From Octopus sinensis (lineage: Eukaryota), in the NCBI RefSeq assembly GCF_006345805.1, contig NC_042997.1:95170001-95234000 (forward strand): a stretch of 64,000 bases of DNA, read 5' to 3'. A model generated the notes under the pieces. That model was given only the letters and a program-made list of their open reading frames with translations. It made no database searches and was not told where the DNA came from. Both the position numbers and the translations under genes were made by a program. How positions within the stretch are numbered: position 1 is the first letter of the stretch; every line of letters begins with the position of its first letter. This document shows positions 39,135-53,432 of this stretch, one piece after another.

Positions 39135-39715
39135 CGGTGTGTGTGTGTGTATATATACACATATGTGTGTGTGTATCTGTGCATTTAATTATATGCGTTT
39201 GATCAGCATCTTAAGGTCAATTTTGAACAATATAGCAAATAGGTAGTACTTGTATAGTGGAGAGAAAAAAGTTCGCATTGCGTCCATGTGGTCTGATTTC
39301 AGTCCCCTGCGTGGAGCCGGGGAGGATTGTATTCTACTATAGCTCTGCTTTAACCAATGCGCTTTGAGTGAATTTTGAATGTATTGAACGAAAACTTTGA
39401 CGAAGACCGTCCTTATGTGTGTGTGTGAGTGTGTTTGTGTATGCGCATGTGTGTGCGTGTGTGCGTGAGCGTGTGAGTGTGTGTTAGGTATGTGAGTGTA
39501 CCTTTTGGGTGTCTATTTTGTGTATTTGTGTTGTACACCCACCAGTTGAGGATCGACGTTGCTTTCCTTATGCTACCGTTATTTAGCGAGATGAGAGAAT
39601 GATAGAAAAATACCAAAATTAAAATTATTACTGGGACTGATTTATTCGACTAAAACCCTTGAATTTCATGTCCTAGCATAGACACTGTTCAATGGATGAA
39701 ATAAATATGAATGTA

Positions 39716-39766
<51 letters not shown>

Positions 39767-39896
39767 TTCTATGTTTCTGACGAAGAGCTCCGCTCGAAAC
39801 GTTAAATCATCCTTCTTTCCTGAACGTCCCATAACACGATAATTGTTCCACGTCCTACCGTTGTTGTGTTTTCTCTTTATGTTTTCATGTTTGGCT

Positions 39897-39928
<32 letters not shown>

Positions 39929-39929
39929 G

Positions 39930-40009
<80 letters not shown>

Positions 40010-40840
40010 TGCATGTGTGTGTGTGTGTTTGTGTGTTTGTGTGTGTGTGTGTGTGTGTATGTGTGTTTGGGTGTACACACATTTTTAAAGTTATATACTG
40101 TAGAAAGTAGAAAGTGTAATCAGTACATGAGAACTAGTAATGTTTCACCTTATTGCTTCGTAGGTGTTCTGGTTATGTGCTTTCTATCAGGTAATATCCA
40201 ACTTTATATATTACGCTGATAATATGTCGGTCCTTTCTGTTCTAGGAAACCAGATAGAACCGTTCATTGCATTCAAGGAGATTCTGTTGTTACTGCGCTC
40301 TAAAGCTAGCCTCCCCGCAAATGTCCGGAATTATTGATGTGGGTTTGCCAAGATTGAGAATTTTCCTGTGGTTTTTCAGATTATGGTAACCCATCGTCTT
40401 CTAATGGAATTCTTCGAAATGGGTCATCATTATCGAATTATTTGATGATTAGATCTGCATAACAAGTATAATAATAAATCATTTATTAAAATTAAGTGTT
40501 GCGAATATTTAATTTCATCCTTTGAATGATGTTTCGTCGAGTGTAACCATTCAGATAAATATACAGAATGTCTGAAGTCAGATAGCATTAATCATTTATA
40601 GATTGCATTCATCGAAATCAATATTAAGCAATATAATTTCCATAAGTTGAAATAAAAACGTGTGATTCCAGTATTCATAAAACAAAATATAAATAAGTCA
40701 AAAGAATTGTGTGTGCTTTGGGAAGAAATATTAACAAGAAATATTAAGCAACATTTGAAACTAGAGCATTGATCTTGCACCGTTTATTTACTCGGCTTTA
40801 CGTTATTATTGAACGTGCAATATCACAAGTAAATAGTACA
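38552..40840. repeat. Old ~290-bp direct repeat pair (38552-38800 and 40588-40840)
   Basis: TTAATCATTTATAGATTG..GTGTGATTC..TTTATTTACTCG..TTTACGTT shared, 2036 bp apart. Confidence 0.7.
39770..39833 (+). ncRNA. Hammerhead-like motif in a ~130-bp unit between (TA)n tracts
   Basis: CTGACGA A GAGC TCC GCTC GAA ACGTT(19 nt)AACGT C: core, stem II and stem III intact, GUC triplet at 39826-39828; proximal stem I is disrupted. Confidence 0.55.
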
Positions 40841-42386
40841 CAATGAAGCGTCTGGGCTGCTGTTAAAAAGAACGAATTCCCCGATCAAACAAAATGGATT
40901 AATAATCATGATGTCCAAGCGCAAAATATTCACTTGAAAATTTGAAGATTTGAGGGAGAATGATATTTTCTACTTTTTTCCATACCTTTTTCTCCCTCTC
41001 TTTTATTTCTTTTCACCTCTGAATCAAACATACGCATGTAGATCCTCACAAATATAGAACAATGAAGATAGCCATCAATACTCAAAATACGATAATATAA
41101 TATATTTGTAATATAGGCAGATGGATTCAAATTTGAGAAGAAACTAAATTATTATATCAAGTATTTTATCAAATCGAGAGAAGAGAGAGACAAATCTGGC
41201 CATGGCAAGATTTGAATCTAGAACATAAAGAATATAATCGTATAATACAAAGATTGAACTCATACACTGCTTGTTAATTGTTATGATGTCACTTGTTCGG
41301 GATTTTTGAAGTTGGCTACTCAGACTCGTATTGCCGCTTAGTCAAAATATTTATTCTTTGTGATGATTGATAGTGTTCTGGACATTTGACGGGGTTTCAG
41401 GTAGTGTTTATTCTCGTCTAACCTTTCAAATGAACATGGAAATTTCTTTGATGTAAATAGGAGCATGAAGCTCAGAGAATACAACTGTTAAACTACTATT
41501 CCTATTTCTCTCTATCTCTCTCTTTCTGCTTGCCTGTCTATCTGTCTGTCCTCAAGATCATGACCGTGACGGTGATGAAGAAAAAGGAACGGGATCTTTG
41601 GCAGTATGAAGTTCACAAAAAATCCACAGGTGTCAAGAAAACTGTGTTTAGAAGGCTTTTCATGCATTAGATCCGCCATTTTCCCTCCTCCCACCGGAAC
41701 CTGCAAACTCTTCACCATTGGTCATTCCTCTTTCTTGTCCACCCTGCCGACAACTATATCATCTTTACTGTTACTGCAACTTCACTCACTTATATATCAT
41801 CATCTTTTCCTCTGTTCCTGGACTCTGACGCATCCACCATAAAAGCTGTGAAAATTTTAACAGTTTCACTTCCCGATTTCATCATTTTCCCTCCCACTCC
41901 ATCTTTCAAACCGGTTCATCAACTCATTTTGCGTTTTGTGGGGCAACCTAGGCACCTTAGCAACATTAATTATCTCGTGCAGTCCCGACTGTTCATTTTC
42001 TGCTTCTTTCTCCTTCACTCTCCAGATGTGAGTTCCCATGCAAGTCCTCTAATGGGATACCGTTGCTTCCATCATTCTTGCTTATATTTCTGTCCCCACG
42101 TCTCATAGCATATAGCTGGTCAAAGACAGGACTTATACTTGTGAGAGCTGCATGGCGTCCTCAATATTGCTTTTAGCACATGAAATGCATTTAAACCCCG
42201 CTCTAAAAGGTTTGGAGTTAGGAAAAGCTTGGGTACGTAGAAACAGTAGACACTTGGAACATAATATTGTCCTTGGAGTCATTGGATTCTGGCAAACATT
42301 TCAATCCATGCGACCAAGTGGCAAGAACTATAAAACACTGAAATGATGTTGAAATATATATATACATACAAGCATACATTCATACA

Positions 42387-42431
<45 letters not shown>

Positions 42432-42919
42432 ACAAATATATCATCATCATCATCATCATATTTTATCGTCTTTGTTCCCTGGTCGCATACATTATCACTG
42501 TTAAACGTTCGCGTCCTATGGGGACAAGGGTCAAAAGGAAGTTCAAGAACATCTGATATACGCATGGACTTATTTTGGGATTGCTTTATAACGCCTGCTG
42601 CTTTAAAGCGTCGAGTAGATAATTTTTTCGTGCTACTTGCAATATTACATCACGCGCGCGCGCACTTTTGCATATTCACTGCTGATGTAGATTTTATGTT
42701 GATTAGGTAGCAGTTTAGGAATACTCTCCGGTGCTCATATATATTTCACGTGACGTATTTAAGCAACGTCAAAATGATTGATTAGTGTTGGAAATACACA
42801 AGTTAAGTAAGAAGTCTGCTACTATAAATAGGAACAAAGTTTGTCTTCGTTTTCTTATTGTACATTCATATTGTTTTATTAACGACTGGCTAAAATATCA
42901 AATTATCAGGAAACAAGAA

Positions 42920-43900
42920 AAAGAAAATGATAACTAACTCGCCAGGAAAACGGACGGCAATTCCCGGGTTTAAGGGCGATACACAAAGTTGGAACTGGAG
43001 AATGTGTCGCAGCAAGTTGCATCCCAGATTAATCATCTTCTTCCCCAGAATGGGAAGAGCGTCATTCCTTCGAGGTGCTTACCATCATGCGGTAAAGACC
43101 GCCTGGCACCATTTATGACGAGGAATCGGCGGCGTCATTTTCCCTTCAGAGTGGCGTATTATGGGAACCGGCCATTGTTATGGCTGCTGGATAATTGATG
43201 ACTATAGTATTTGTGCAGCTCACACACGCAGTGACAGAGGCGCTGATTCATTCAGATGCGACTGCACTCATCATCAGGAAGGTAACCGGTTGAAGAGAAG
43301 GGCAACGAATTGATCCACGGCCCATATTTGGGTGGAAGGCGAGGTCGTACCGGTCTAAAGATATCTCTATCAGCTCGAAGGCAGGTTTGCATTTGATGTC
43401 GTCCCATTAAGCTGAAAATGTGTCTCATGTCGGTTGTAGGGAAGGTCTTCAATTGTCCTGTCGGCTAGAGCTGACTCTCGTACCTTGCCACATCGGTTTC
43501 AGCTTTACGGTGAAGCATCTTGCCGGTAAATGTGTCACTGGAGTAGCCTGAAGAAAGATAATCGACAGAGAGAGGTCTAATGCAGACGGAGGCCAAAGCC
43601 ACCTAATTTTATCGGTAGTTTAGCCAGTTGCCAACCGGTGCTGTCAAAACTAACATTGCAGATTAGTTCAACACAACACCTAATGCTTTTATCGATATAA
43701 CCGAGGTGATCCGTGAGAAGGTGACACAACGCAATTGCGTAGCGACCAAAGGAGCTTAGGCAGAGTAAAGCAATTCCTCAATGCATAGAACACAGGGTGC
43801 CAGTCAATGAGGTGCAATTTCTCAGTTATTGTAGACAACTCTGCAAGCTTTGTCTCTGGTTTCAGCAATTTCAGTGGATTTAACATTGTTTCGAGGATTA
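42920..43900 (-). pseudogene. CRE-clade (RLE-type) non-LTR retrotransposon, 3' half remnant
   Basis: Minus translation LRNCFTLPKLLWSLR..WQLAKLPIKLGGFGLR (43587-43633)..GPWINSLPFSSTGYLPDD..GRFP..DGKHLEGMTLFPF..LIWDATCCDTFS: post-RT region and restriction-like endonuclease, with stops and frameshifts. Confidence 0.88.
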
Positions 43901-44699
43901 AATTTTCCCCAAGAAATTATATTCGTTTAGGACAATACGGGGAAACATTTTTTCAGTAACTGTTTCAGGATCAATTGTTCTTCCTAGTTTCATAAATGTT
44001 TGGTGGCTGCGACCATAATATTCCAAGTAATGGAAACACATTCGATTTCGAACACTTTTAAGTTACTACATGAATTGGGACAGTGGTCTGAACTCTCTTA
44101 ATATTAATCAGTAATATCTGCATACATCAGTCTTTAAATATATTTACAGTTGACCCAATGTGTTGCTTCACTACATCCTCTAAGGACGTTCTGTTTTAAT
44201 GTTATTCATATCACCGCGCCTTAAAGACGTACAATTACTATTGAAGGATTTCAATAAATGAAATTTAGTTGTAGCGTGAGATTGACTTGTGAATCTTAAT
44301 TTATAGTATAGACACTTAGACCAGAAAAAGTACAGTTTAACTTTGTAATAATTGAGTAGCATTTACCTATTGTATACAAATAGGATTTTGTCAATGGCAT
44401 GCATTTACTGTCGGTAGTATCTGCTAAATACACTTTGAATAGGATACTGGAATAAATTTCACTTAGCTTTTTCGCAGCTGTTACAATGAACCTTATAAAT
44501 TACCTTCGGCATTTCTCGATTGTTCTTCAGTATAAATATTGAGCAGGTCATACAGACGCACATATTCATAGAAACGCGTGTGTACCCATGTATACAAATA
44601 CGCACTCATAAATAGCAAGTGCTTTAAGAGTAACTGGTTCCAATTCTAAACTGTACATATTTATATACAATTTAAGCAAGAAATTGGAAATCAAATTGT

Positions 44700-44866
44700 A
44701 GGGGCAGACGCGTTTATGTGGTAAAAATTTTGTTTCCCAACTACATGGTCTCTGATTCAGTTGCACTTCATAGTACCTTGGGGAAATGTATTCTACTCAA
44801 GCCTTGGGCCGACCAAAGCTCTGTGAGTTGATTTTGTAGACGGAAACTGAAAGAAGCCCATCGTAT
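44700..44866 (+). mobile_element. tRNA-derived SINE
   Basis: ..CTTGGGCCGACCAAAGC..GTGAGTTGATTTTGTAGACGGAAACTGAAAGAAGCCCATCGTATATA matches the reverse complement of 60845-60920. Confidence 0.8.
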
Positions 44867-46869
44867 ATATATATACATACACATACAACATACTTTATCA
44901 ACTTTTTGCCGGCTTTCTTGCAGCTATTGCACATACATAGAGTATGAAACATCAGTATTTATCTCTTACATGCTATCCCTGTCTTTCTTCTGCTAGTGAA
45001 AATTGGTTTCTGTCTCTTTTTCTTTCTCTTGTCTCTCTGTCGACTTCTCATTCTCTGTTTCTTTGGCTCATTCCGTAAAAAATTTATTTGTTTATACTTT
45101 GAAGAGTGCAGAAATTGAAAGCGAAGGAGGAAAAGGGAGCAGAAAGTGAAGGAGATTTCAAAGTGAAAGATGCATGTACGTGTATATGAAAAGGATGTGC
45201 GTGTGTGTGTTTGTATGTGTGTGCAATAGAGGGAGAGAGAGAGAGAGAGAGGGAGGAAGAAAGAAAGAAAGACAGACAGAGTGAGTGTGTGAATGTGTGT
45301 GTCGTGGTGATGGATGTCTTTTAAGGTACACACCCATATAGAAAATGTGACGTTATCTTCATCGTATAAAATGTTTACAATAGTTGACTTATGGAAAATC
45401 TGTTAAATTTTTGCAATGCTAATATGGGAATGAATATAAAGTTTAGTTGGTATTGGAAATATTTCTGAATCTTTTGATACCCCCATGCGTCAAAATCAGT
45501 AACTCGATTTTGGAATGCATAAGGAACATATGCGCGCGCACACACACACACACACAAACATACACACACACATGCACACATGCACATACACACACACACA
45601 CACACACACATATATGCTTGCAGAAAAAGAAGGATGAACTAAGGTAGTTAATGTTGCTTAGTTGAGTTTCATCTGATTTCTGTATATTTTGTTGCAGGTC
45701 ATAGAAACATTTTATAGACATTTACATGTGGAAGATGTATGTATTTTAGGCCTTGTACGAATTCTCCGAGTGTTATCGTGTTGTTTACTTTTAGGTGATA
45801 TGAACTTGCTAATTCCACTAATTCGTCATCATTCTTCTCTCTTGTCTACTGCATTTCTTCTAACATATACCTTCTATTAATATTAATTGCCATTGAATGA
45901 ATCTCACTGCATGCTTGCTTCGAATTTAAGGTTTGATATTCATCCCATAGATTATGTCAGCAGTCATAACTAGAGTTTTATGTGTGTATGGTGTAGGCAA
46001 AATTAAACTTCCTGTATGTCTTCGATAGCAAGTGAGCTCAACCGACGCAGGGCCAGAGCTCAGCAACGAAAATATTCTGAGTTTCTGTAAAAAAAAAAGG
46101 CTGAAAAACTACTTAATTTGAACGATAACAATCTTATCAATATTCCTCCCGTCCTCCACTATCAGCGTCAATTTCACATCAAGGGGAAAAGTTCTATCAT
46201 ATGCGTGCAGATTGTGCAACATATAAAGATTAAATTACATAAATTTTATAAACAACATTTGAAAGAAGAAATTAATTTATTACAGCTCAACTGAACAAAT
46301 ATCTTAATAAATGAATGTGTCATAAAATAGACAGCTGGAATTAACATTACATGTAAAGCTGAATGACCAACTTTTATAGATTAATTGTTGTCAGTAACAT
46401 GTTTACAAAGCTGCAAAAAGTTGACATTCACAATTATGCTCATTGAAAACTGTTGCATATTGTATTCCTATAGCGTGCTTAAATTAAATTAGTTCTTGCT
46501 GGCTGAGATAAATCAAGGATTTTATTTAAATAACCACTTTTTAATATTTCCAGTAAGATGAATATATATAATTGTTATCTAGATATTATATAAGAGTGCT
46601 TAAGTTGTCTTTTTCGAAATTTCATATGTGTGTGCTTCAAGAATAATTCTTTGATGCTTTAAGATTCAATTAATCGTAATTAATATTACAGAGTTAACAC
46701 TTACGTATATATGTACAATATAATAGCCTACAGAAAAGTTTCAACAACCATGAAATGCTAACTATACTGAATGACCAGATGAAAGAAGCATTGCTTCGAT
46801 TTGGAGTGGTGTTGCTTCTAATCATGCAACATACTTACGCAAGATCTGAAAAAATGTTCAGATAATTAC

Positions 46870-46937
46870 CTTGGCATTCTTCACCAATAGGTCTTCTGTC
46901 CAATCGTCTAGGTATTTTCTATTGTTTCTCTCCTTTA
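46870..46937 (-). CDS. Candidate coding exon (68 bp), KERNNRKYLDDWTEDLLVKNAK
   Basis: Acceptor tgtatgtttctttgtag and donor AAG|gtaatt; one open frame with protein-like composition. Product not recognised. Confidence 0.35.
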
Positions 46938-47992
46938 CTACAAAGAAACATACAATGTAATATATCCAATCTGATATAATTCCGAGGAGACAGTATTGGT
47001 AGGAGGTGGTGTGAGCGTAAGGACTATGGTTAAAAGTGCATTATCGAAATCCAACCAATGTAAAATTAAAACAAGGATAGTTTTATTACCTTTAAAAGAA
47101 AACAACTCATGTGTAAGAGTACTGACCCAGAATAATACAGTCGCTATAGTAACATTGAATATTGAGGACCCAAATTTGTATTTCTTTTTATATGCATATG
47201 GCGGCATGCGTACACTTTGGTCTCTTATATGTAAGTACACACACATATATATATATATTGTATGACTCTCTTATTCTTTCATTTTTTATTTCCATCAGCT
47301 CCTTCACACTAACTTCGTTCTCTCCACTCTCCTTTCCTTCGTTCCCCTCTCTCACTTTTCCTGCCTTTCTCTTCATTCTCACCTTCCCTCCTCTTTCACT
47401 TCACTCTATCTCTTTTCTTTTTTCTCGTCCATTCCTATTCTACTATCCCTCTGCCTCAATTTTCCTCCCACCGGTGTTCAGCCAAGCCTGACCATTTTTT
47501 CTTTGTTCGACTACCATACATGTAACATCTATTATCCTTCCCATGCCTCTCATCTTTTATATCCCTGACGTAAAGCTTCACTTCCACACACCCAGCTTAA
47601 TTTAATTCGTCGTTAGTCGAAAGACACCTGTTGTTAATAACCTGTTATTTGCATTTGTATTTGTGTACTATTTGCCCGTTTTTTTCCGTTCTCGTTTTCG
47701 TAAACATTCGTTGCTTTCCTCCAAGGAATGTAATGCTCGTAGCTTAGCTTTTCCTTGGGGCTCGCCAGATTGGAGCAATCTCGAGTATAATCAGGCAAAA
47801 TTGCAAAGGTAGCTCGACTGAGGAATGAAAACTCCGAATGCCCCGTCATTCTTTTTTCTTGTCTCTTTTTTTGTATCATGTGTCAGGATGTTTTGCGTTC
47901 TTGTCCCTTTTTTGCATTCCTTTGTATATATATGTAATATCATTTTTCTGAATCTTCGGATATTCCTATATGCTAGACCACTGGTTATAAAT

Positions 47993-48048
<56 letters not shown>

Positions 48049-51000
48049 CTCGTCGGTTACGTTTATTTTGGCATATGCTAAGAGCTTTCTCAAAATTAAT
48101 CGTAATTTAGAATTTTGTGCGAATTCTACTGATTAAAGGTTTGTAATTGACTTCTCACACTGTAAATATTTGCTAATAGTCTATAGTACATGTTTACTGA
48201 AAGATATCTGTCGTAGTGCATATTGATAGTAAAATTTGGAAACAAATTTTTCTGTGTTGTGTATCTTTTACAACCACAAAAAACTGAATACTTTTGTTAT
48301 CGTACTTCAGCTCTAAGTAATGTAACATTCTAGCTTATAGAACACCTCAGTCACACAGGAAATCTGTCGATGAGTAAATACATAGAAACATTGAAATAAT
48401 GACTACTCAAATACCTCCAGTATTTGCCTTATATTTCAGCTACTGTGTTATGTTCCCTGATTCGAGGGGAAAAGTTATTTTCTTCTCTTGGACAATTTTG
48501 CAAGTAGTTTATTCTCCTTTGAGTGATGACCCGCACACATGTCTAATTGAATATGTAATTAGAAAAGTGTGGATGTACTAGACACATTGTCAGTTGCCTG
48601 TGTAAATACATGTAAAATATTGCTTTGTACGATGGTAAATTTAAAACCACGCACATGTACATCATAATGTGAAACATATATTTATAGAATTATACATTGT
48701 AAATATTCTATTATGCATAATTAAATACTTACTTACTTAGCCCTATCCAGAGATTTTCTTCAAAGCTTTTTGGTGGTTATATAAGCAGCTTGTACAAGTG
48801 TATGTACATAACGTTTACTTTATATTGTATTTGAATTTACGTTTTATGCAACAATGAACTTTTTGCGGGTTCATTAAAAAAAGCTATATTGAATGTCATG
48901 TAAAAGAAAATATGATCTATTTTTACATGAATCTATACATGTTTACATATACACAATGCATTTAATAGATTGCAATTTACTTTTGATTTCAGAATGTCTA
49001 TATGAAGCAAACGTCATAACAGAAATACTTCGAATTTGATTATGGTCTACGATTCATCAATTAATAGCTATTAAATATACTTTTAACAGACGAATTATTT
49101 TGTTTAGCCGAAACCTGTTTCTTTCTATATATTAATGCCTATATATTATCAGGTTGAAATTATTCTAAACGGTTAGACTCTTATGTACATTTTTATGCCA
49201 GAGCAGTTAATTAATCTTGCAAATTATTAGAATTATGAACTGGTATTTATGATGGTACATTAAGTGTATTCTTTGAACTAGACAATATAATTCATTTATA
49301 CATCTAATGTAAATGCTATTCATGTATGTCTGGTATAAGAAATATGAATATATGAGAGAACAGCAACATGCTACTTATTAAACTTGTAATTATATCGTTT
49401 AGGTAAAACGTTGTCTATGAGTTATCGAAGTTACAGAAATAGCAAAGTGTCTGGTAACATGTTTATTGTATTTAGTTAACGCTTATACGCTCTGAATGCA
49501 TGCATATATAGAGCATTGTGAAGAAATTAAGGCCACCAGAAGTATTTGGATAAATTCTGAAGATGTGTTATCATTCGGGGATCGCTCTAGTTACTACATG
49601 CTTCGTGATGCAGTGAAACTTCTTACAATTTGCTTTCGTACTCCATATTGCACTAAGGGACTCACTAATTTGAAAGTGACAATATATGGGTAAATCAGCA
49701 AAAATTTATTGATAACTGACAGTTGTCTTCAAACTTATTTAGTCAATTGAGAACAAAATATTAGTAGTTTACGTTACATTAGTTTCAGGCCTGATGGAAA
49801 CATCGTTACCGAGTTTCGATAAAGAAAAGTCGGCTACTAACACTATAATAATCATTAACACTACCAACACCATAAACATGTTCCTTCAGTGTAGGTACTA
49901 AATAATCTAAGTCATTAAACACTGACGAAATGTCTTGCGGTATTTATTCCGAATTCAAACAACCAACGTAGTATAACAAAACCACGGTTTGAACCTGGGC
50001 TATGAGAAGTGGAAAAATTTTCAGGAGAGTTATCAAGTTTGAAGATACTTTCCGCTCTCATTTCAAGCAGACTGGGAGATCAAGTAGATAGCATTCGATA
50101 CTGAACTCATCCTGAATAAATGAAAAAAAATCGGTGATTTGAAAACTTTCAAAATACAGATTTCGGGAACCTTAAGCTCAGTTTTAAAGAGACGATTAAA
50201 TACACATCAAATGAGTATTATGTATATACTGTTCTATATATAACTTACACATCTGGAATCACATATCTATCTTGTCACGAGGAGTCACGGTGTGAAGATA
50301 AATCATAAAATATATATAATTCCATTTACATTCAGTAATATTGATGAAAGCCTTGTAGGTTTCGCTGGTCACTACTATCCTCTGAACACGAGTCCCTATT
50401 AAGTGTTATATTTTGAAAATTTCCGCACCATGATAAAATACGAAAACCAGTCTGAGCACACCTGCAAAACGTAAACCTAGGACCTACCACGGAAAATGCA
50501 TGTCTGAGATGCGTGTCGTCAAGAAACACAACTCGGTTGTAGCAATGTGAAAGAAAAAATAACATCTATAGTTCTAGGATATCACAAACTGTGAAAATAT
50601 GTTTCAACTATTGGTATATAATTCTTGCGAATAATGATATCATCAGTCGAATACATTTCACTCTGATATATGTCAATGTCATAACTAGACTTGTTTTCAG
50701 GATAAGCTGAACACAGAAAAGTAGATTATATTATGTAACCAGCTTTTCACATCTCAAAAATTGTAAACTTCAACATCAGTTCATTGACCATTGAAGAGGA
50801 TTAATATGAGACATTGCGATGTTAATCTTCTTGAAGAATCTGATTAAAAAATAAAAACATATTATGTACATACTACTAAATAATCAAATTTCGAACTCGG
50901 TCGATATTTTTGCAACTTTGAGCTAAACATTGTTAGAATTATATCCGAGAGTCTAATCTGTCAACTTTCGAAATTTCTGATAATTTGAGATCTATTACCA

Positions 51001-51374
51001 TTTTATCTAATATCAACGATGAATTGTATTCTAATATCCTGGAGATGTGTTACGATATTCATATTCTTAAACCTGTAGCTTCTATTTTATTTTTAAATAC
51101 TTTTCACTTTTACATATATATATATATATATCAACATAGATGTTTGTCTATGTGAGAAAACATTATTGTATGTCAACGAGGATGGATTCACAAAACACGT
51201 ATGCTCACACCGAATCAAAGAAGGCTATATTCTGTCTCTTCTTTCGGGATATCAGAATACGTGAGTATGCGTGCATATACATACACACGTATATACGAAA
51301 ATACATACTTAATATGTATGTGTGTGAATATTTATACACACACATATATATATATATACATACACACACACCAC

Positions 51375-51431
<57 letters not shown>

Positions 51432-51438
51432 TATGTAA

Positions 51439-51471
<33 letters not shown>

Positions 51472-51546
51472 CTCAAAATAGAATAAGCAACAAGAATATC
51501 TCCGGTAATTTGCTACGATCGTTTCACGCTACATCATCTTATTAAA

Positions 51547-51885
51547 TATTGTAAGTATTACGGCAGTTTTAAAAAGTTGAGCAATCATCAGCCATTTACA
51601 GAGGTTTTCAATTAATACATAATGTTCATATTAATTGATAACATTATAGAGAAGGTAGATATATAGACGAAGGTGTCGATTTGAATTTAAAGAACATTAA
51701 GGTATTTGAATCTAAATTTTGCTGAACTTATATATATTGTAAGTATTACAACAGTTTTAAAATGTTGAGCTCTCATCTGCCATTTACAGAGGTTTTCCAT
51801 TAATATATAATTTTCATATTAATTGATAACATTATAGAGAAGGTAGATATATAGACAAAGATGTCGATTTGAATTTTAAGAACAT

Positions 51886-51893
<8 letters not shown>
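51547..51893. repeat. Tandem duplication, period 188 bp
   Basis: TATTGTAAGTATTA at 51547 and 51735; the copies are moderately diverged. Confidence 0.9.
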
Positions 51894-51945
<52 letters not shown>

Positions 51946-53261
51946 ACATTCACATATGCATATATATACATAAATATATAAGTATATTTTGTATATATAT
52001 ATATATGTGTGTGTCTGTGTGTGTCTGTGTGTGTGTATGTATGTATGTATGTATGTATGTATGTATAAATGCTTATAAATACAGTAGAACTTCGCAGTAC
52101 GAGTGCACCCTTGTACGAGCTAGTTTCATACAAGCGACCCCTCTTGTTACATGACACGTTGAATATATAGAAACGGTAAAATTGGTTAGAGTGCATATAA
52201 TAATTTTAAAAACTGTATTTCCTATCTTGATTTATTTGCAGATAACTATAACATTTAGCCTTTATGTTTAACTTATTTGTCGTAAAGTACCGTATTTATA
52301 ACAATTCCAAATCATGCCAGGCAGATATTTGTATGTTATCTCTATGAAGTGCACAATAGTACGTATTAAATGTATACCATGAAATGGTATACGTTTCGTA
52401 CACTAACAATGTTCCGCATTCTTATTTTTGATACTTAGTGAATATTCGAGGCTTGAAAAGTATCTTCATATTTCATAGCCATTTCCTATTTTAGGCTATA
52501 TTTTCAAAATACATTTATTTATCTTTATTCCCGTGGTTTCATATATTCTGATTATTGTGTATTGATTACCTCATAATCATTTTGAATCTGTATATGTAAT
52601 TTTGAAGTAATAAGGTGGTGTATGATATATTGATGACAGAAAATTTTTGTATACTTACATTAATCTAATTCTGAATATACGAAGCATGAAACTCATGACA
52701 TACAAGATGATCCATTAATATCTCCAACTATTTCACCCCCAAACCCGACAAATTTACGATAAGTAATCATTACTCCGCATATGTGTTGAAATAAATATTT
52801 TAATAATTACCAACCTATCGATTATATTGATTTACTGCAATTCTTTGAAGTGAATTCATTCTCATTCTTTTAAATGTAAATACCTTAAGATATCCGTATG
52901 ACGTACTGTCTGTGAGATTGACGTATATTCATGTAATTTCAGAAAAAGTGTTTTTCCAAATATTTACAAAAAATTCATTTATAATTTATCATTTTGTACC
53001 CATTTCGATAAATATTTTATCAAGTGCATTGAATTTTCTGCAATGATTTCACCGTTTAATCTCCTATAATGACATCTAATTTGGTTTCAGTATATTATTA
53101 TCTACTTAATTCAATATTTTAAGCAAATTATCTCATGGAAGTCTAATTCGGTTTAGCTATGTAATTATATATTTCTTAAAATCCACAGTCAGCTATATTT
53201 AAAAGACAGCTACTGTATAACTTAAGCTCTAATGATTCGCAACAGTAAAACAAGTTATTTA

Positions 53262-53323
<62 letters not shown>

Positions 53324-53340
53324 ATATTGAATATATATAC

Positions 53341-53421
<81 letters not shown>

Positions 53422-53432
53422 ATATATATAAA

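Noticed and set aside
41500-42340. Higher-GC stretch with a C-x2-C-like peptide on the minus strand
   Set aside because: Probably TE-derived, but too many stops and no diagnostic motif to name it.
44500-44650. Exon-like segment on the minus strand, ..FYEYVRLYDLLNIYTEEQ
   Set aside because: Largely degenerate GT/AT simple sequence with a weak acceptor.
46755-46865. Signal-peptide-like short ORF MKEALLRFGVVLLLIMQHTYA
   Set aside because: Stops after a few residues and has no usable plus-strand donor; likely chance.
50335-50400. piggyBac-like IDESLVGF motif
   Set aside because: A single short match with no continuation of transposase motifs.
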